64,000 nt of DNA, from assembly GCA_900545525.1 (NCBI GenBank), contig UQZX01000001.1, forward strand, positions 38,218 to 102,217, in the 5' to 3' direction. The notes beneath the pieces are model-generated. The model had not been told where the DNA came from, made no database searches, and was given only the letters and a program-made list of their open reading frames with translations. Origin of the DNA: an uncultured Prevotella sp. (GTDB lineage Bacteria > Bacteroidota > Bacteroidia > Bacteroidales > Bacteroidaceae). The translations under genes and the position numbers were made by a program. This document shows positions 8,418-17,936 of the stretch, in pieces. Position 1 is the stretch's first letter. Every line of letters starts with the position of its first letter.

Positions 8418-10364
8418 ATGTTAGAAAGAGCAGAAATCAAAAATAAGATAGCGTCAATCTTGGACGAAATGAAGAAGTCCGGCAGGATTGATGAATCATA
8501 TTGTCAAGAACTTGACAAAAGTTTTGAAAGTCAAGACCTGCATATCGGCGTTGTCGGCAAAATGAAAGCTGGCAAGTCTTCGTTGGTGAATGCTGTCATT
8601 TTTGGCGGCAATATACTTCCGACAGGCGTTGCCCCAGTTACTGTCACATTGACGGAAGTAACATACGGAGAACAGGAAAAGGTGGAAGTGACATTGATGT
8701 CCAAGCAGGATATTGAAGATTTGAAGAATAAGGCGAATTACACAGGCACCGATGCCATGTTCATTTCCAAGGCGGAATCTGCGAAAGATACACTTAGAAG
8801 TCTTGCTCCCGGCTATGAGAAGTATTTGGGACAGCCTGTTCAGACAATAAGTATTAATGACCTGAAAGAGTACGTTGCAGCAGACGGAAAATTCTGCGGA
8901 CTGGCAAAGTCGGTAAAGATATTTTTGAACAATGACAGTTTGAAAGGTATTACGATTATTGACACTCCGGGATTCAACGACCCTATCGCTTCACGTGGCG
9001 AGACAACGAAGAGTGCATTAGGAAAATGCCATGTCTTGCTATTCGTTCATAACGAGGACGGATATGATGCCACAGATGTGGAGCTACTAACAGAACAAAT
9101 TGAGTATTCTGGAATTTCAGAGTTGGTAGATATATTCAACAAAATAGATATGTCAGAAAAGCCAATTGATGAATGGTCAGAAGAATTGATGTATTTGACA
9201 AAGAAACGTGATGAATTGAATGTGTCCCAAGCGAGTATAAAAGAACTGTTGAAAGAATCTCATACTTTTTATATAAGTTCCCTGATGGCGTTGTGCGGAC
9301 TTGTTCCCTATGACAAGATGGAAGAAGAATTAAAGTATCAGTATAGTGGTTTTGAAGAAGACTTTGAGGAACTTTGTCAATTCTCCGATAAAAAAGGGCA
9401 ACAGGAGGCTTTTGTGAAATACAGTAATGTCCTTTCGATTGTAAACGAAATTAATCGTTTGTCAAGAGATGGCTCAATCTATCTGATAGAAGGACCACTG
9501 AAAACATTGGACGGAAAGCTGAAATCCATAAAAGAGTTGATTCAATCTGAAATTGAAGAAAAGGAAGCGCAGTTAAATTCGCTGAATGTTAGTATAGAAG
9601 CGAATAAGAAGAATTTGGAGAACTTTGAAGACTTCATAAGTGCTGTCATGAGCAAAGTGAAAGTGTCATCCCTGAAAAATGATTTGAAAAGTTTTATTGG
9701 GAGTTCTATTAAAAACACTCAAAATCTACGCGAATCCGAATATAACAGAGAATTCAGCAAAGAACGATATCCTGAACCAAGTTTTGGAAGTAGAGGGATA
9801 ACGAAAGGAAACATTGCTAGTTATAACACTTTTATTTTTGGTTTTGAGAATAAAATAAGGGATCTACAAGATGATTTAAAAGACCAACTTAACAATACCT
9901 GCAAAAAGGAAGTAAACGCTTTGATAGAAAGTTTGTCTAGTAGTTCTTTGATATCTCAGGAACATATCAAAAACTTAAAAGCTTCACTCGTTAATTATTT
10001 TACAGATGTTATTTCAGATATTAATGTACTAATACCGTCTAAAAGGATAGATGACATCCCAGATGGATATCAAGAGCAATGGGATAAACTCAGAGCTAAA
10101 TTCCTTTGCGATTATGATGATAATTCAATAAAAGAGTTATTTGAAGATATCAAACAGATATGTCAAGACTTAGACTTTGTAGGTACAGCTATGCAAGAGT
10201 TGGAATCGCTGAAAGGAAAAATAACAGAAAGCCTGAATAAGACACCTGAAGCAAAGAAAGAAGAAGCAAAGAACATAAAAGAAACTCTCAAGAAACTTCA
10301 CGATGAAATGCTTGGAATAGACAGTCATGTCACAGAAATAGAAACATTAAAAAAACGATTGTAA
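8418..10364 (+). CDS. Dynamin-like GTPase 2 (bacterial DLP/CrfC/LeoA-like)
   Basis: G1 GKMKAGKS, LPTGVAPVT, G3 DTPGFND, G4 NKID; long coiled-coil stalk. Confidence 0.88.
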   Translation: MLERAEIKNKIASILDEMKKSGRIDESYCQELDKSFESQDLHIGVVGKMKAGKSSLVNAVIFGGNILPTGVAPVTVTLTEVTYGEQEKVEVTLMSKQDIEDLKNKANYTGTDAMFISKAESAKDTLRSLAPGYEKYLGQPVQTISINDLKEYVAADGKFCGLAKSVKIFLNNDSLKGITIIDTPGFNDPIASRGETTKSALGKCHVLLFVHNEDGYDATDVELLTEQIEYSGISELVDIFNKIDMSEKPIDEWSEELMYLTKKRDELNVSQASIKELLKESHTFYISSLMALCGLVPYDKMEEELKYQYSGFEEDFEELCQFSDKKGQQEAFVKYSNVLSIVNEINRLSRDGSIYLIEGPLKTLDGKLKSIKELIQSEIEEKEAQLNSLNVSIEANKKNLENFEDFISAVMSKVKVSSLKNDLKSFIGSSIKNTQNLRESEYNREFSKERYPEPSFGSRGITKGNIASYNTFIFGFENKIRDLQDDLKDQLNNTCKKEVNALIESLSSSSLISQEHIKNLKASLVNYFTDVISDINVLIPSKRIDDIPDGYQEQWDKLRAKFLCDYDDNSIKELFEDIKQICQDLDFVGTAMQELESLKGKITESLNKTPEAKKEEAKNIKETLKKLHDEMLGIDSHVTEIETLKKRL

Positions 10365-10366
10365 TT

Positions 10367-11017
10367 ATGTGGACACATGTAATATGCTCTATACTTGGGT
10401 TCGTTGCCGGATGTTCCTTTCGGGAATTGCTGGGAAAGAAAAAAACACGAAGGGATAGTTCTAAAAGAATTTATCCTTCACCAGTAGAAGAACAAAAAGA
10501 TTATAAAAAGAATATTGAAAAGAAACAATGTAACAATGCATTTAGTTTGAACTCCATAATTGAAGTGTTTTTAACTTATAATGTAGACATGATAGGTGCG
10601 AGTTCATTCAGTGTTTTACGGAGAAAGATAAAATCTGATTGTTATAAGAATCTTTTAAAGTTGTTCATAGATAAGGCTACTTCACCAGAAAAGATGGTAA
10701 CAATGCTAAAAGAAAATACGACTCCTACATTTGTCTTGAATTTGAAACCATCCACTCAGCCTCCTTTTATCGATGAAGAAAAATTGGATAAATACATAAA
10801 AGAAGAGAATGCTTTGCCAGATGAAATCGGAACAATGGACGAAAAAGTGAAGTTCCTGCTGACGATGAGTTATGGCCGTGGAATTGAAAATTTCAAAACA
10901 ACATTAGGTGCGTATCTTACCGAGATTCTTGACGGGGATGAACGTGGTGAAGATATAACAGAATTATATCAGCAAGCCATGAAAATAATAAAATCGCGGT
11001 ATGAATATGTGTCATAG
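10367..11017 (+). CDS. Hypothetical membrane-anchored protein
   Basis: N-terminal hydrophobic helix followed by a basic patch; 2 bp after the dynamin stop. Confidence 0.75.
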   Translation: MWTHVICSILGFVAGCSFRELLGKKKTRRDSSKRIYPSPVEEQKDYKKNIEKKQCNNAFSLNSIIEVFLTYNVDMIGASSFSVLRRKIKSDCYKNLLKLFIDKATSPEKMVTMLKENTTPTFVLNLKPSTQPPFIDEEKLDKYIKEENALPDEIGTMDEKVKFLLTMSYGRGIENFKTTLGAYLTEILDGDERGEDITELYQQAMKIIKSRYEYVS

Positions 11018-11117
11018 GATTAATTCTTGAATTTAAGCGATATGGGATAGTTCTTTCATCAAGAAGCAATCTCCCATATATACTTTTTCCAGATATATGT
11101 TTTAACAAAAAGATAGT

Positions 11118-11477
11118 ATGGCAATACTGAGCATTGATTATCCTGCTCTTTTGGGAAAGTTGGATGAATTGGCAAGAAAAGTCGGGCGTGCGTCAGCGCG
11201 TCCGATACTGTTACTTTATTATGTAATGGTTGACGAGAAAACGCCAAGGAGTGACAGAATGGTAATATTATCAGCAATATCATATTTAATATTGCCTGTT
11301 GATTTAATATCGGCAAGGCGCTTGCCTTTTATCGGTTGGATAGATGAAACTTTTTCATTGACGGTGGCTTATCGGAAAGTTTGTAAATATATAACCCAGG
11401 AGATTGAAAAGAAAGCAGATGCTGTTCTTGACCGTTGGTTTCCGGAATATACGAATTTTGTTGAAGTGTATGAATAA
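11118..11477 (+). CDS. YkvA/DUF1232 family membrane protein
   Basis: TP..D..ILSAISYLILPVDLI...PFIGWIDE motif. Confidence 0.85.
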   Translation: MAILSIDYPALLGKLDELARKVGRASARPILLLYYVMVDEKTPRSDRMVILSAISYLILPVDLISARRLPFIGWIDETFSLTVAYRKVCKYITQEIEKKADAVLDRWFPEYTNFVEVYE

Positions 11478-11558
11478 TATGTAGTCAGCAATATAAAAAG
11501 TTTTGTGTATTGACAGATTTTGTTAATTTTACCACTCTATAAAATAAAAACAAGAAAG

Positions 11559-12416
11559 ATGAGACAGATTTTGTGGATATTGGCATTTGCGTTGACAAGC
11601 AGTTTTGCAGCGAGCCAGACAGTTGGTACAGTTACTGTGCCGGAGACAAAGAGTGAAGAAGCAGATGTGAAGGCGCTTATAGACAAAGCCCGTTGGGGCG
11701 ATGGGGATGCGTTCCTGAAACTTGCCGACTGTTATCGTGACGGTAAAGGTGTGAAGCAAGATTTTTGGAGTATGGTTTGTATGCTTGCACAAGCAGAAGA
11801 GCAAGGCAAAATCAAGGATATGGATGATTATATGCGGAATATGCCGAAAGACAATGTGTACAGACAAATGCTTGGCTTGTTTAATATCAGCAGAAGCTAT
11901 GTCCGGGAATATCGCGACTCTATTGAAAATGTATGTTCTGCAACAGGCGTGCCTGATGCATACGTGATTCGTGGAATGCTGGCATTGGAGGAGAACGATT
12001 CTGTATGTGCTTCTGAGATGTTTAATATAGCGGAGGAAAAAGGTTGTAAGTTTGGCGTCATAATTCAGGGCATACATGATTTGCAGAACAATAAAGAACT
12101 GGATATCACAAAGATTGAATCCATTGCCACATATTACCCGATTGCTTATCTTTATCTTGCAAAAAACAGTCTCTTCAAAGGCAACATTAGGAAATGTAAG
12201 GAATATCTGTTGAAGGCGGAAGAGAATGCCATGCTTAATAAGCGTGAGGCTCAGTGGCTGCTTGAATATTGTAAAGGAGATATGTCGGAGGAGGATATAC
12301 GACGTATCAAGAGCTTTGCCAGTGTTGATGATGTGTGTGAATCTGTAGAAGGCTCTGTTTATGTAGACACAGTTGCCGTAGATACGGTTTGTTTGGATGA
12401 CGGGGCTTTAAACTGA
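11559..12416 (+). CDS. Secreted Sel1-like repeat protein (copy A)
   Basis: Signal peptide; A..GD.DA...LADCYRDGKGVKQD Sel1 motif; paralog at 28187-29038. Confidence 0.8.
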   Translation: MRQILWILAFALTSSFAASQTVGTVTVPETKSEEADVKALIDKARWGDGDAFLKLADCYRDGKGVKQDFWSMVCMLAQAEEQGKIKDMDDYMRNMPKDNVYRQMLGLFNISRSYVREYRDSIENVCSATGVPDAYVIRGMLALEENDSVCASEMFNIAEEKGCKFGVIIQGIHDLQNNKELDITKIESIATYYPIAYLYLAKNSLFKGNIRKCKEYLLKAEENAMLNKREAQWLLEYCKGDMSEEDIRRIKSFASVDDVCESVEGSVYVDTVAVDTVCLDDGALN

Positions 12417-12423
12417 TTGGTAT

Positions 12424-12855
12424 ATGGGGAAACGTTCGGAACTTGTGAAGCAATTCTTCCGGTATCTTAAAGATAGCGGTATGAAAATTGAGACCGTGGA
12501 TGCGTCTTACGGTGTATATGCCTTTGAGTATAGAGGCGTGGAGCTGTATGTCTTTACAGATATGGGCGATGATGTTATAACCTTGGCTTTTAAGTATTTG
12601 ATGCGTGGGATGCCGAGCGACAAGGAGTTTAACTTCAACAGGATGTTGGAGATATTGCCGGATGATTATAAAGGTTATCAAATAGAATTGCTGCCTTATG
12701 GCGACTGCTGCATGAGCCGGGGCTGGCAGCTTGATGTTGAAGATGACTCTGCATCAGGCGTGTTGTTCAAGAAAATGCTTGAGGAAATGTTCTCTGCTGT
12801 GGTCGGTCTGATTAGTGCAATAAGACGTACTGAAAAGAAGTATGACTATTATTGA
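12424..12855 (+). CDS. Hypothetical protein (possibly YbjN-like)
   Basis: 143-aa ORF 7 bp after the Sel1 gene; fold guess from size and pattern only. Confidence 0.6.
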   Translation: MGKRSELVKQFFRYLKDSGMKIETVDASYGVYAFEYRGVELYVFTDMGDDVITLAFKYLMRGMPSDKEFNFNRMLEILPDDYKGYQIELLPYGDCCMSRGWQLDVEDDSASGVLFKKMLEEMFSAVVGLISAIRRTEKKYDYY

Positions 12856-13018
12856 TTTTTATATGCCGGATATTTAACTCTTAGTAAGCAGAATTTACGG
12901 AGGAATATATACAGGTTTGCATGGATAAATTTTTGTAAGTTGTTGTAAATTCGTATCTTTGTGCCGATACGGAGAAAATCCATGAAACACTTAGAATAAA
13001 CATTACAACATTTATCAC

Positions 13019-14107
13019 ATGAAACATTATCTGTTATCCGTTGCATTTTTTGCATCGGCAATGCTGTTTACAAACTCAACGGTATCTGCACAGGCAAAGA
13101 TAAATCTTGCCGGCATCTATGAACTGAATATCAAAAAAGACGGCGGTACGCATCAGATGTATCTTGAGCTTGACTTTATCAACCAGCGTCCGGACTTTAC
13201 ACAGACCTTTACAGGGAAGACATCTGCCTTAAAATTTCTGCCGGAAGACTTTATGAATGTGAAGAAACTGAAACAGAGATTCAAGGGAACGAAAGCACCC
13301 GGATTCGGACGATACCGCGAGAAATATCTTCTGAGCCTCACGGAGGAATTCAGAATAACCAACCCGCACATGAAAAAGGGTGTTGTCATTGCCGACTGGG
13401 AGAATGACATGGGGACGACTGGAAAGGTTATAATCATACCCAACGAAGACGGTTCTATCGTTACTTACGGTCTTACGCAGCTTGACCGTTCATTAAGTCC
13501 CGACGGCATGCGGCTTGAACTTGTAAAAGACCTTACGGACGGCAATGCAGGAAAGAAACCGTCGGACCTTGCAAAGAACGGCACTGCCACCGCTGGATTT
13601 ATCGAGAAAATAAGAACTTCATGCGGTCCTGACTTCAAAGGAACGGTAGAGCGCCTGGTAAGCATGCCCGACGATAAGGGAGATGAACAGCCCGGGAAGT
13701 CTTCTTCCGCAGGCAGACAGCCGCAGCAGGGGGACAACGGAGAAATAAAAATACAGTTATGGGGAGACAACCGGCCGGTGATATTCAAGTTCCACACCAT
13801 TGCAACAGGCGGCGACTACGGCAAATTTGAAACAAACGCAACTTTGGACTTCTGGCAGGAAGACAATGGTGAGATATCCATGAGAATGTATGCTACCACC
13901 GTATATGTCAACAGCGGCAGGCTGAGAGAATATGAATATATCTATACAGGACGCCGTAAAGGCAACAAGATAATTTTCACCCGCAGACAAGACTCTCTGA
14001 ACGGTGGCGGTGTCACCGCCCTCGAAAGTTGGATGCCTTCGGTCTTGACGATTAAGAGTCCCACAAGCGTGGTGTTTGACAGATGTACATATTTGCGGGA
14101 GAAATAA
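13019..14107 (+). CDS. Hypothetical secreted protein (two domains with low-complexity linker)
   Basis: Sec signal ending VSA-Q; upstream TATCTTTG element. Confidence 0.75.
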   Translation: MKHYLLSVAFFASAMLFTNSTVSAQAKINLAGIYELNIKKDGGTHQMYLELDFINQRPDFTQTFTGKTSALKFLPEDFMNVKKLKQRFKGTKAPGFGRYREKYLLSLTEEFRITNPHMKKGVVIADWENDMGTTGKVIIIPNEDGSIVTYGLTQLDRSLSPDGMRLELVKDLTDGNAGKKPSDLAKNGTATAGFIEKIRTSCGPDFKGTVERLVSMPDDKGDEQPGKSSSAGRQPQQGDNGEIKIQLWGDNRPVIFKFHTIATGGDYGKFETNATLDFWQEDNGEISMRMYATTVYVNSGRLREYEYIYTGRRKGNKIIFTRRQDSLNGGGVTALESWMPSVLTIKSPTSVVFDRCTYLREK

Positions 14108-14184
14108 CCCTCCTTTAATATAACCTGTTGAGAGACATTAAACAGGCATAATCATGACATCATTTTATAGGCATGCACCATTAC

Positions 14185-14751
14185 TTATTCATAATAGGTA
14201 ATGGTGCATGTTTCAATGCGGCTGTAATGTCCTCTGTTGATTATTGCCTTGCGCCGTGTCCAGTTGCCGTATTTATCACGCTGTATTACTTTGTAAACGC
14301 CCTCGGTGTCTCTTCGTTGTCCCGAAGGATTGGTTACGACAATACCCTCACGATATATATCGCCATTGTCATAACTCAGATAATATTTGAACTCACCTTC
14401 TTCATTTATTCCTTTAAAACTTCTGGTTTTACCTTCAGGAGTAATAAAGAATGTTTCCTGATGGTTGCCTTCCCAAGACTCGTATTTAAATGTCACTTGT
14501 TCTTCATCACGGGTTACCGTCATGACGCCAAGAGCGTTGTTGGGCAGTAATGTGCCATCTTCGGAAAAAGAGCGTGTCACCGGCTTATTGGCAGGGAAAC
14601 TTTGATAGGAAAGAACGGTATCGAAGGTTGCAGTCTTAACAGGTCCTTTAAGATTGAAGAGGACACGGTCGTCAGCCAATGACTGAATGCAGCAAGCCAT
14701 GCCGATTGCAATAAGAATGCCGCGCATTATACGTTGTGAGATTATTTTCAT
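14185..14751 (-). CDS. Secreted Bacteroidetes YD/RHS-like small protein
   Basis: Signal peptide; LKGPVK N-terminal and DKYGNW...ITYY C-terminal motifs; ATG at 14751 preferred. Confidence 0.65.
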   Translation of the reverse strand: MKIISQRIMRGILIAIGMACCIQSLADDRVLFNLKGPVKTATFDTVLSYQSFPANKPVTRSFSEDGTLLPNNALGVMTVTRDEEQVTFKYESWEGNHQETFFITPEGKTRSFKGINEEGEFKYYLSYDNGDIYREGIVVTNPSGQRRDTEGVYKVIQRDKYGNWTRRKAIINRGHYSRIETCTITYYE

Positions 14752-14966
14752 CTTTTGAGTTATGTTTTTTCGTTTGGTTTGTTTGATTGAATACTGTTTG
14801 CAAAGATAATTATTTTCTTCAAAAAAACAAGATATCAATTATATATCACAATATCAATATAATATATTCATCCGTAATAAATCGCTCAAATTCAAATCGG
14901 TTGTCATGTCTTTTTTATATTTTTGCATGTCGTACAGGAACTGTCCTGCTAACAATATAAGAGAAT

Positions 14967-15869
14967 ATGATAAAGAATGAGCATCTTTCCCGTGAAAAAG
15001 AGATATACAGAATAACGCTTTGGGGCAGCATGGTGAACTTCATGCTGCTCATATTCAAGTTTGTTGCCGGTATCGTCGGTCACAGTTCTGCGATGATAGC
15101 CGATGCGGTACATTCTTTATCCGATTTCGCAACGGACATCATAATCATTGCTTTTGTGCGTATTTCAGAAAAGCCGCAGGATGAAAGTCACGATTATGGT
15201 CATGGCAAGTATGAGACATTTGCAACAGCAATTATAGGAACGGTGCTGTTTGCCGTAGGTATCGGTATACTTACTGACTCCTTAAGAAACATCATGGCTT
15301 TCTGTGGCGGTGAGCAGATTGGGGCACCTGGTATGTTGGCATTGGCGGCAGCCCTGATATCTATATTGTCAAAGGAAGCAATATATCGGTATACCATAAT
15401 AAAAGGCAGGATGCTTAATTCAAAGGCAGTCATGGCAAACGCCTGGCATCACAGGAGCGATGCCTTGTCTTCCGTAGGAACACTTGTCGGAATAGGCGGT
15501 GCAATATTTCTTGGAGAAAACTGGAGAGTGCTGGATCCCTTAGCTGCATTTATTGTAAGTCTGTTTATTATAAAGGTGTCTGTTCACCTGATAAAGCCCT
15601 GCATAGACGAATTGTTGGAGAAGTCGCTGCCTAAGGATGTAGAAGACAAGATACTCGATATCATCCTTTCGTTTCCGGAAGTAAAGTCTCCGCATCATCT
15701 TCGCACCCGGTATATAGGCAACAGAATTGCAATAGAGGTGCACATACGCATGAACGGCGGCATGACGCTAAAAGAAGCACACGATATCACAAAGAAGATT
15801 GAAGTATCATTAAAAGAAGAGTTTGGAGAAAACACTCATATCGGAATACACATGGAGCCACAGGATTAA
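14967..15869 (+). CDS. Cation diffusion facilitator (FieF-like)
   Basis: ADAVHSLSD, HDYGHGKYE, AWHHRSD, C-terminal IHMEP. Confidence 0.93.
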   Translation: MIKNEHLSREKEIYRITLWGSMVNFMLLIFKFVAGIVGHSSAMIADAVHSLSDFATDIIIIAFVRISEKPQDESHDYGHGKYETFATAIIGTVLFAVGIGILTDSLRNIMAFCGGEQIGAPGMLALAAALISILSKEAIYRYTIIKGRMLNSKAVMANAWHHRSDALSSVGTLVGIGGAIFLGENWRVLDPLAAFIVSLFIIKVSVHLIKPCIDELLEKSLPKDVEDKILDIILSFPEVKSPHHLRTRYIGNRIAIEVHIRMNGGMTLKEAHDITKKIEVSLKEEFGENTHIGIHMEPQD

Positions 15870-15948
15870 ATGGTTGTGCAATTAAGTGCGTTTGTTTTGT
15901 ACTGTATTTAGTTCACATAGACATTTCATATAGAACCGCCTTTGTTAA

Positions 15949-15993
15949 TAAAAAAGATGCAAAGCAGTTTAGAACTGTCTTTGCATCTTTTAT
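15949..15993. terminator. Bidirectional terminator between CDF gene and tRNA
   Basis: aaaagatgcaaag...ctttgcatctttt inverted repeat flanked by A/T runs. Confidence 0.75.
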
Positions 15994-15995
15994 AG

Positions 15996-16068
15996 TTGCG
16001 GAGGCAGGACTCGAACATGCGACCTCCAGGTTATGAGCCTGGCGAGCTACCAACTGCTCCACTCCGCG
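15996..16068 (-). tRNA. tRNA-Met(CAT), initiator type
   Basis: Reverse complement folds as a cloverleaf with anticodon CAT, C1:A72 mismatch, A11:U24 pair and TTCGAGT T-loop; CCA not encoded. Confidence 0.95.
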
Positions 16069-16073
16069 ATATT

Positions 16074-16120
16074 TATATACCTTTGCACTCATTTCTGAAA
16101 TGCGAGTGCAAAGGTATATA
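16074..16120. promoter_or_regulatory. Palindromic tRNA promoter region
   Basis: 17-bp perfect arms tatatacctttgcactc / gagtgcaaaggtatata, each containing TACCTTTG. Confidence 0.6.
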
Positions 16121-16370
16121 TATTTATTTAAACTGCCAAATAATAATGGTCTTTTATACCCTAAATATACAGTATTTAACAAAAATATAGTGTCAGGAAC
16201 ATGCTTGAGCGTTATTTGCATGTATGTAAATCTTAATATCCGGTATTAATGGACGAGGCTGATGCTCACCGAATTAAATGTAAAAATATTTTGTCGTATC
16301 AAATAAATATAATACTTTTGCACAATACAAATCAAATGTGCAACAATCAGAGACGAAGGAGGCTTTTACG

Positions 16371-16964
16371 ATGTCTATATCTAAAACGAGGCAAACTCTT
16401 GTGGACGTGGCAAGGCAGCTGTTTGCTAAAAAAGGGCTGGAAAATACAACAATGAACGATATTGCATTGGCATCCGGCAAAGGAAGGCGCACGCTGTACA
16501 CTTATTTCAAGAGCAAGGAGGATATATACTTTGCCGTAATAGAATCGGAACTGGAGCGTTTGTCCGACAAGATGGACGAGGTTGCCATGCGCAAGATAAG
16601 ACCGCAAGAAAAAATAATCGAACTGATATACACCCACCTCAGCATGATAAAAGAGACGGTGATGCGCAACGGTAACCTGCGTGCCGCCTTTTTCCGTAAT
16701 ATATGGATGGTTGAAAAGGTAAGGAAGAATTTTGATGAGGATGAAATAGAGCTTTTCAGAAAAGTTTATTCGGAAGGTGTTGCGGAAGGTGAGTTTGACA
16801 TAGACAGCGTAGAACTGGTGGCAGACATAACCCATTATTGTATAAAGGGACTTGAGGTTCCATATATATGCGGGCGCCTCGGACACGGGATGACTCCGGA
16901 AACAAGTAAGCCGCTTGTAGCAAAGTTCGTTTATGGAGCACTTGGAAAGCTTACAGCCAAATAG
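16371..16964 (+). CDS. TetR/AcrR family transcriptional regulator
   Basis: N-terminal HTH LFAKKG..TTMNDIA...TLYTYFKSKEDI. Confidence 0.92.
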   Translation: MSISKTRQTLVDVARQLFAKKGLENTTMNDIALASGKGRRTLYTYFKSKEDIYFAVIESELERLSDKMDEVAMRKIRPQEKIIELIYTHLSMIKETVMRNGNLRAAFFRNIWMVEKVRKNFDEDEIELFRKVYSEGVAEGEFDIDSVELVADITHYCIKGLEVPYICGRLGHGMTPETSKPLVAKFVYGALGKLTAK

Positions 16965-17027
16965 CTGTTATTATATAATATGTGAAAAAACAATATTACA
17001 TTCTTAATTAAAAAAACAAATAAGAAA

Positions 17028-17774
17028 ATGGGATTACTTACAGGTAAGACTGCCCTTATCACAGGTGCAGCACGCGGTATCGGAAAGGCTATCGCACTTA
17101 AATTTGCTGAAGAAGGGGCAAATATCGCTTTTACTGATTTGGTAATAGATGAAAACGGCAAGGCTACGGAAACAGAGATTGCTGCAAAAGGCGTTAAGGC
17201 AAAGGGGTATGCGAGCAATGCGGCTGACTTTGCACAGACAGAAGAGGTCGTTAATCAGGTGAAGGCTGATTTTGGAGCCATAGATATATTGGTAAACAAT
17301 GCAGGTATCACAAAGGACGGTCTTATGATGCGCATGTCAGAGGCGCAGTGGGATGCGGTAATAGCAGTAAACCTTAAATCGGCATTCAATTTCATACATG
17401 CCTGCACACCTATAATGATGCGTCAGAGAAGTGGCTCTATAATCAACATGGCTTCAGTGGTAGGCGTACACGGCAACGCAGGACAATGTAACTATGCTGC
17501 TTCAAAAGCTGGTCTTATCGCACTTGCAAAAAGTATTGCACAGGAGCTGGGCAGTCGCGGCATACGTGCCAATGCCATTGCACCGGGCTTTATAGAAACA
17601 GCCATGACGGCAGCCCTGCCTGATGACATACGTAAGGAATGGGTTCAGAAAATACCTCTCCGCCGTGGCGGACAGACTGAGGACATAGCCAACGTGGCTA
17701 CATTCCTTGCGTCAGACTTGTCAAGCTATGTTAGCGGACAGGTTATACAGGTTGACGGTGGTATGAACATGTAA
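17028..17774 (+). CDS. fabG: 3-oxoacyl-ACP reductase
   Basis: TGAARGIG, NNAGITKD, GNAGQCNYAASKAG, PGFIET. Confidence 0.93.
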   Translation: MGLLTGKTALITGAARGIGKAIALKFAEEGANIAFTDLVIDENGKATETEIAAKGVKAKGYASNAADFAQTEEVVNQVKADFGAIDILVNNAGITKDGLMMRMSEAQWDAVIAVNLKSAFNFIHACTPIMMRQRSGSIINMASVVGVHGNAGQCNYAASKAGLIALAKSIAQELGSRGIRANAIAPGFIETAMTAALPDDIRKEWVQKIPLRRGGQTEDIANVATFLASDLSSYVSGQVIQVDGGMNM

Positions 17775-17790
17775 ATTAAAATAAAGTGAA

Positions 17791-17920
17791 GAATGATGAA
17801 TGAAGAATGAAGAATTTGCTGCCGCCGTCATTTGGCTAATTAGACCAATTAGTCCTATAGGTCTTATAAGCCTTATCGGATGACGGCGGCAGCAAATTCT
17901 TCATTCTTCATTCATCATTC
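17791..17920. repeat. 41-bp perfect inverted repeat (MITE/REP-like) with a 9-mer-repeat loop
   Basis: 17791-17831 is the exact reverse complement of 17880-17920. Confidence 0.9.
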
Positions 17921-17936
17921 ATCATTTATCATAAAG

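Noticed and set aside
4418..16068. Cassette A as an integrative element inserted at tRNA-Met
   Set aside because: No integrase. The only similarity to the tRNA 3' end is a 10/11-nt match near 4645, which is expected by chance, and a CDF gene intervenes.
15913..16221. ORFs of 102 aa (-) and 64 aa (+) across the tRNA
   Set aside because: They overlap the tRNA gene and are spurious translations.
17880..17936. N-terminal extension of the RluA ORF (MTAAANSSFFIHHSSFII)
   Set aside because: It is a translation of the inverted-repeat arm; the real start is probably 17937.
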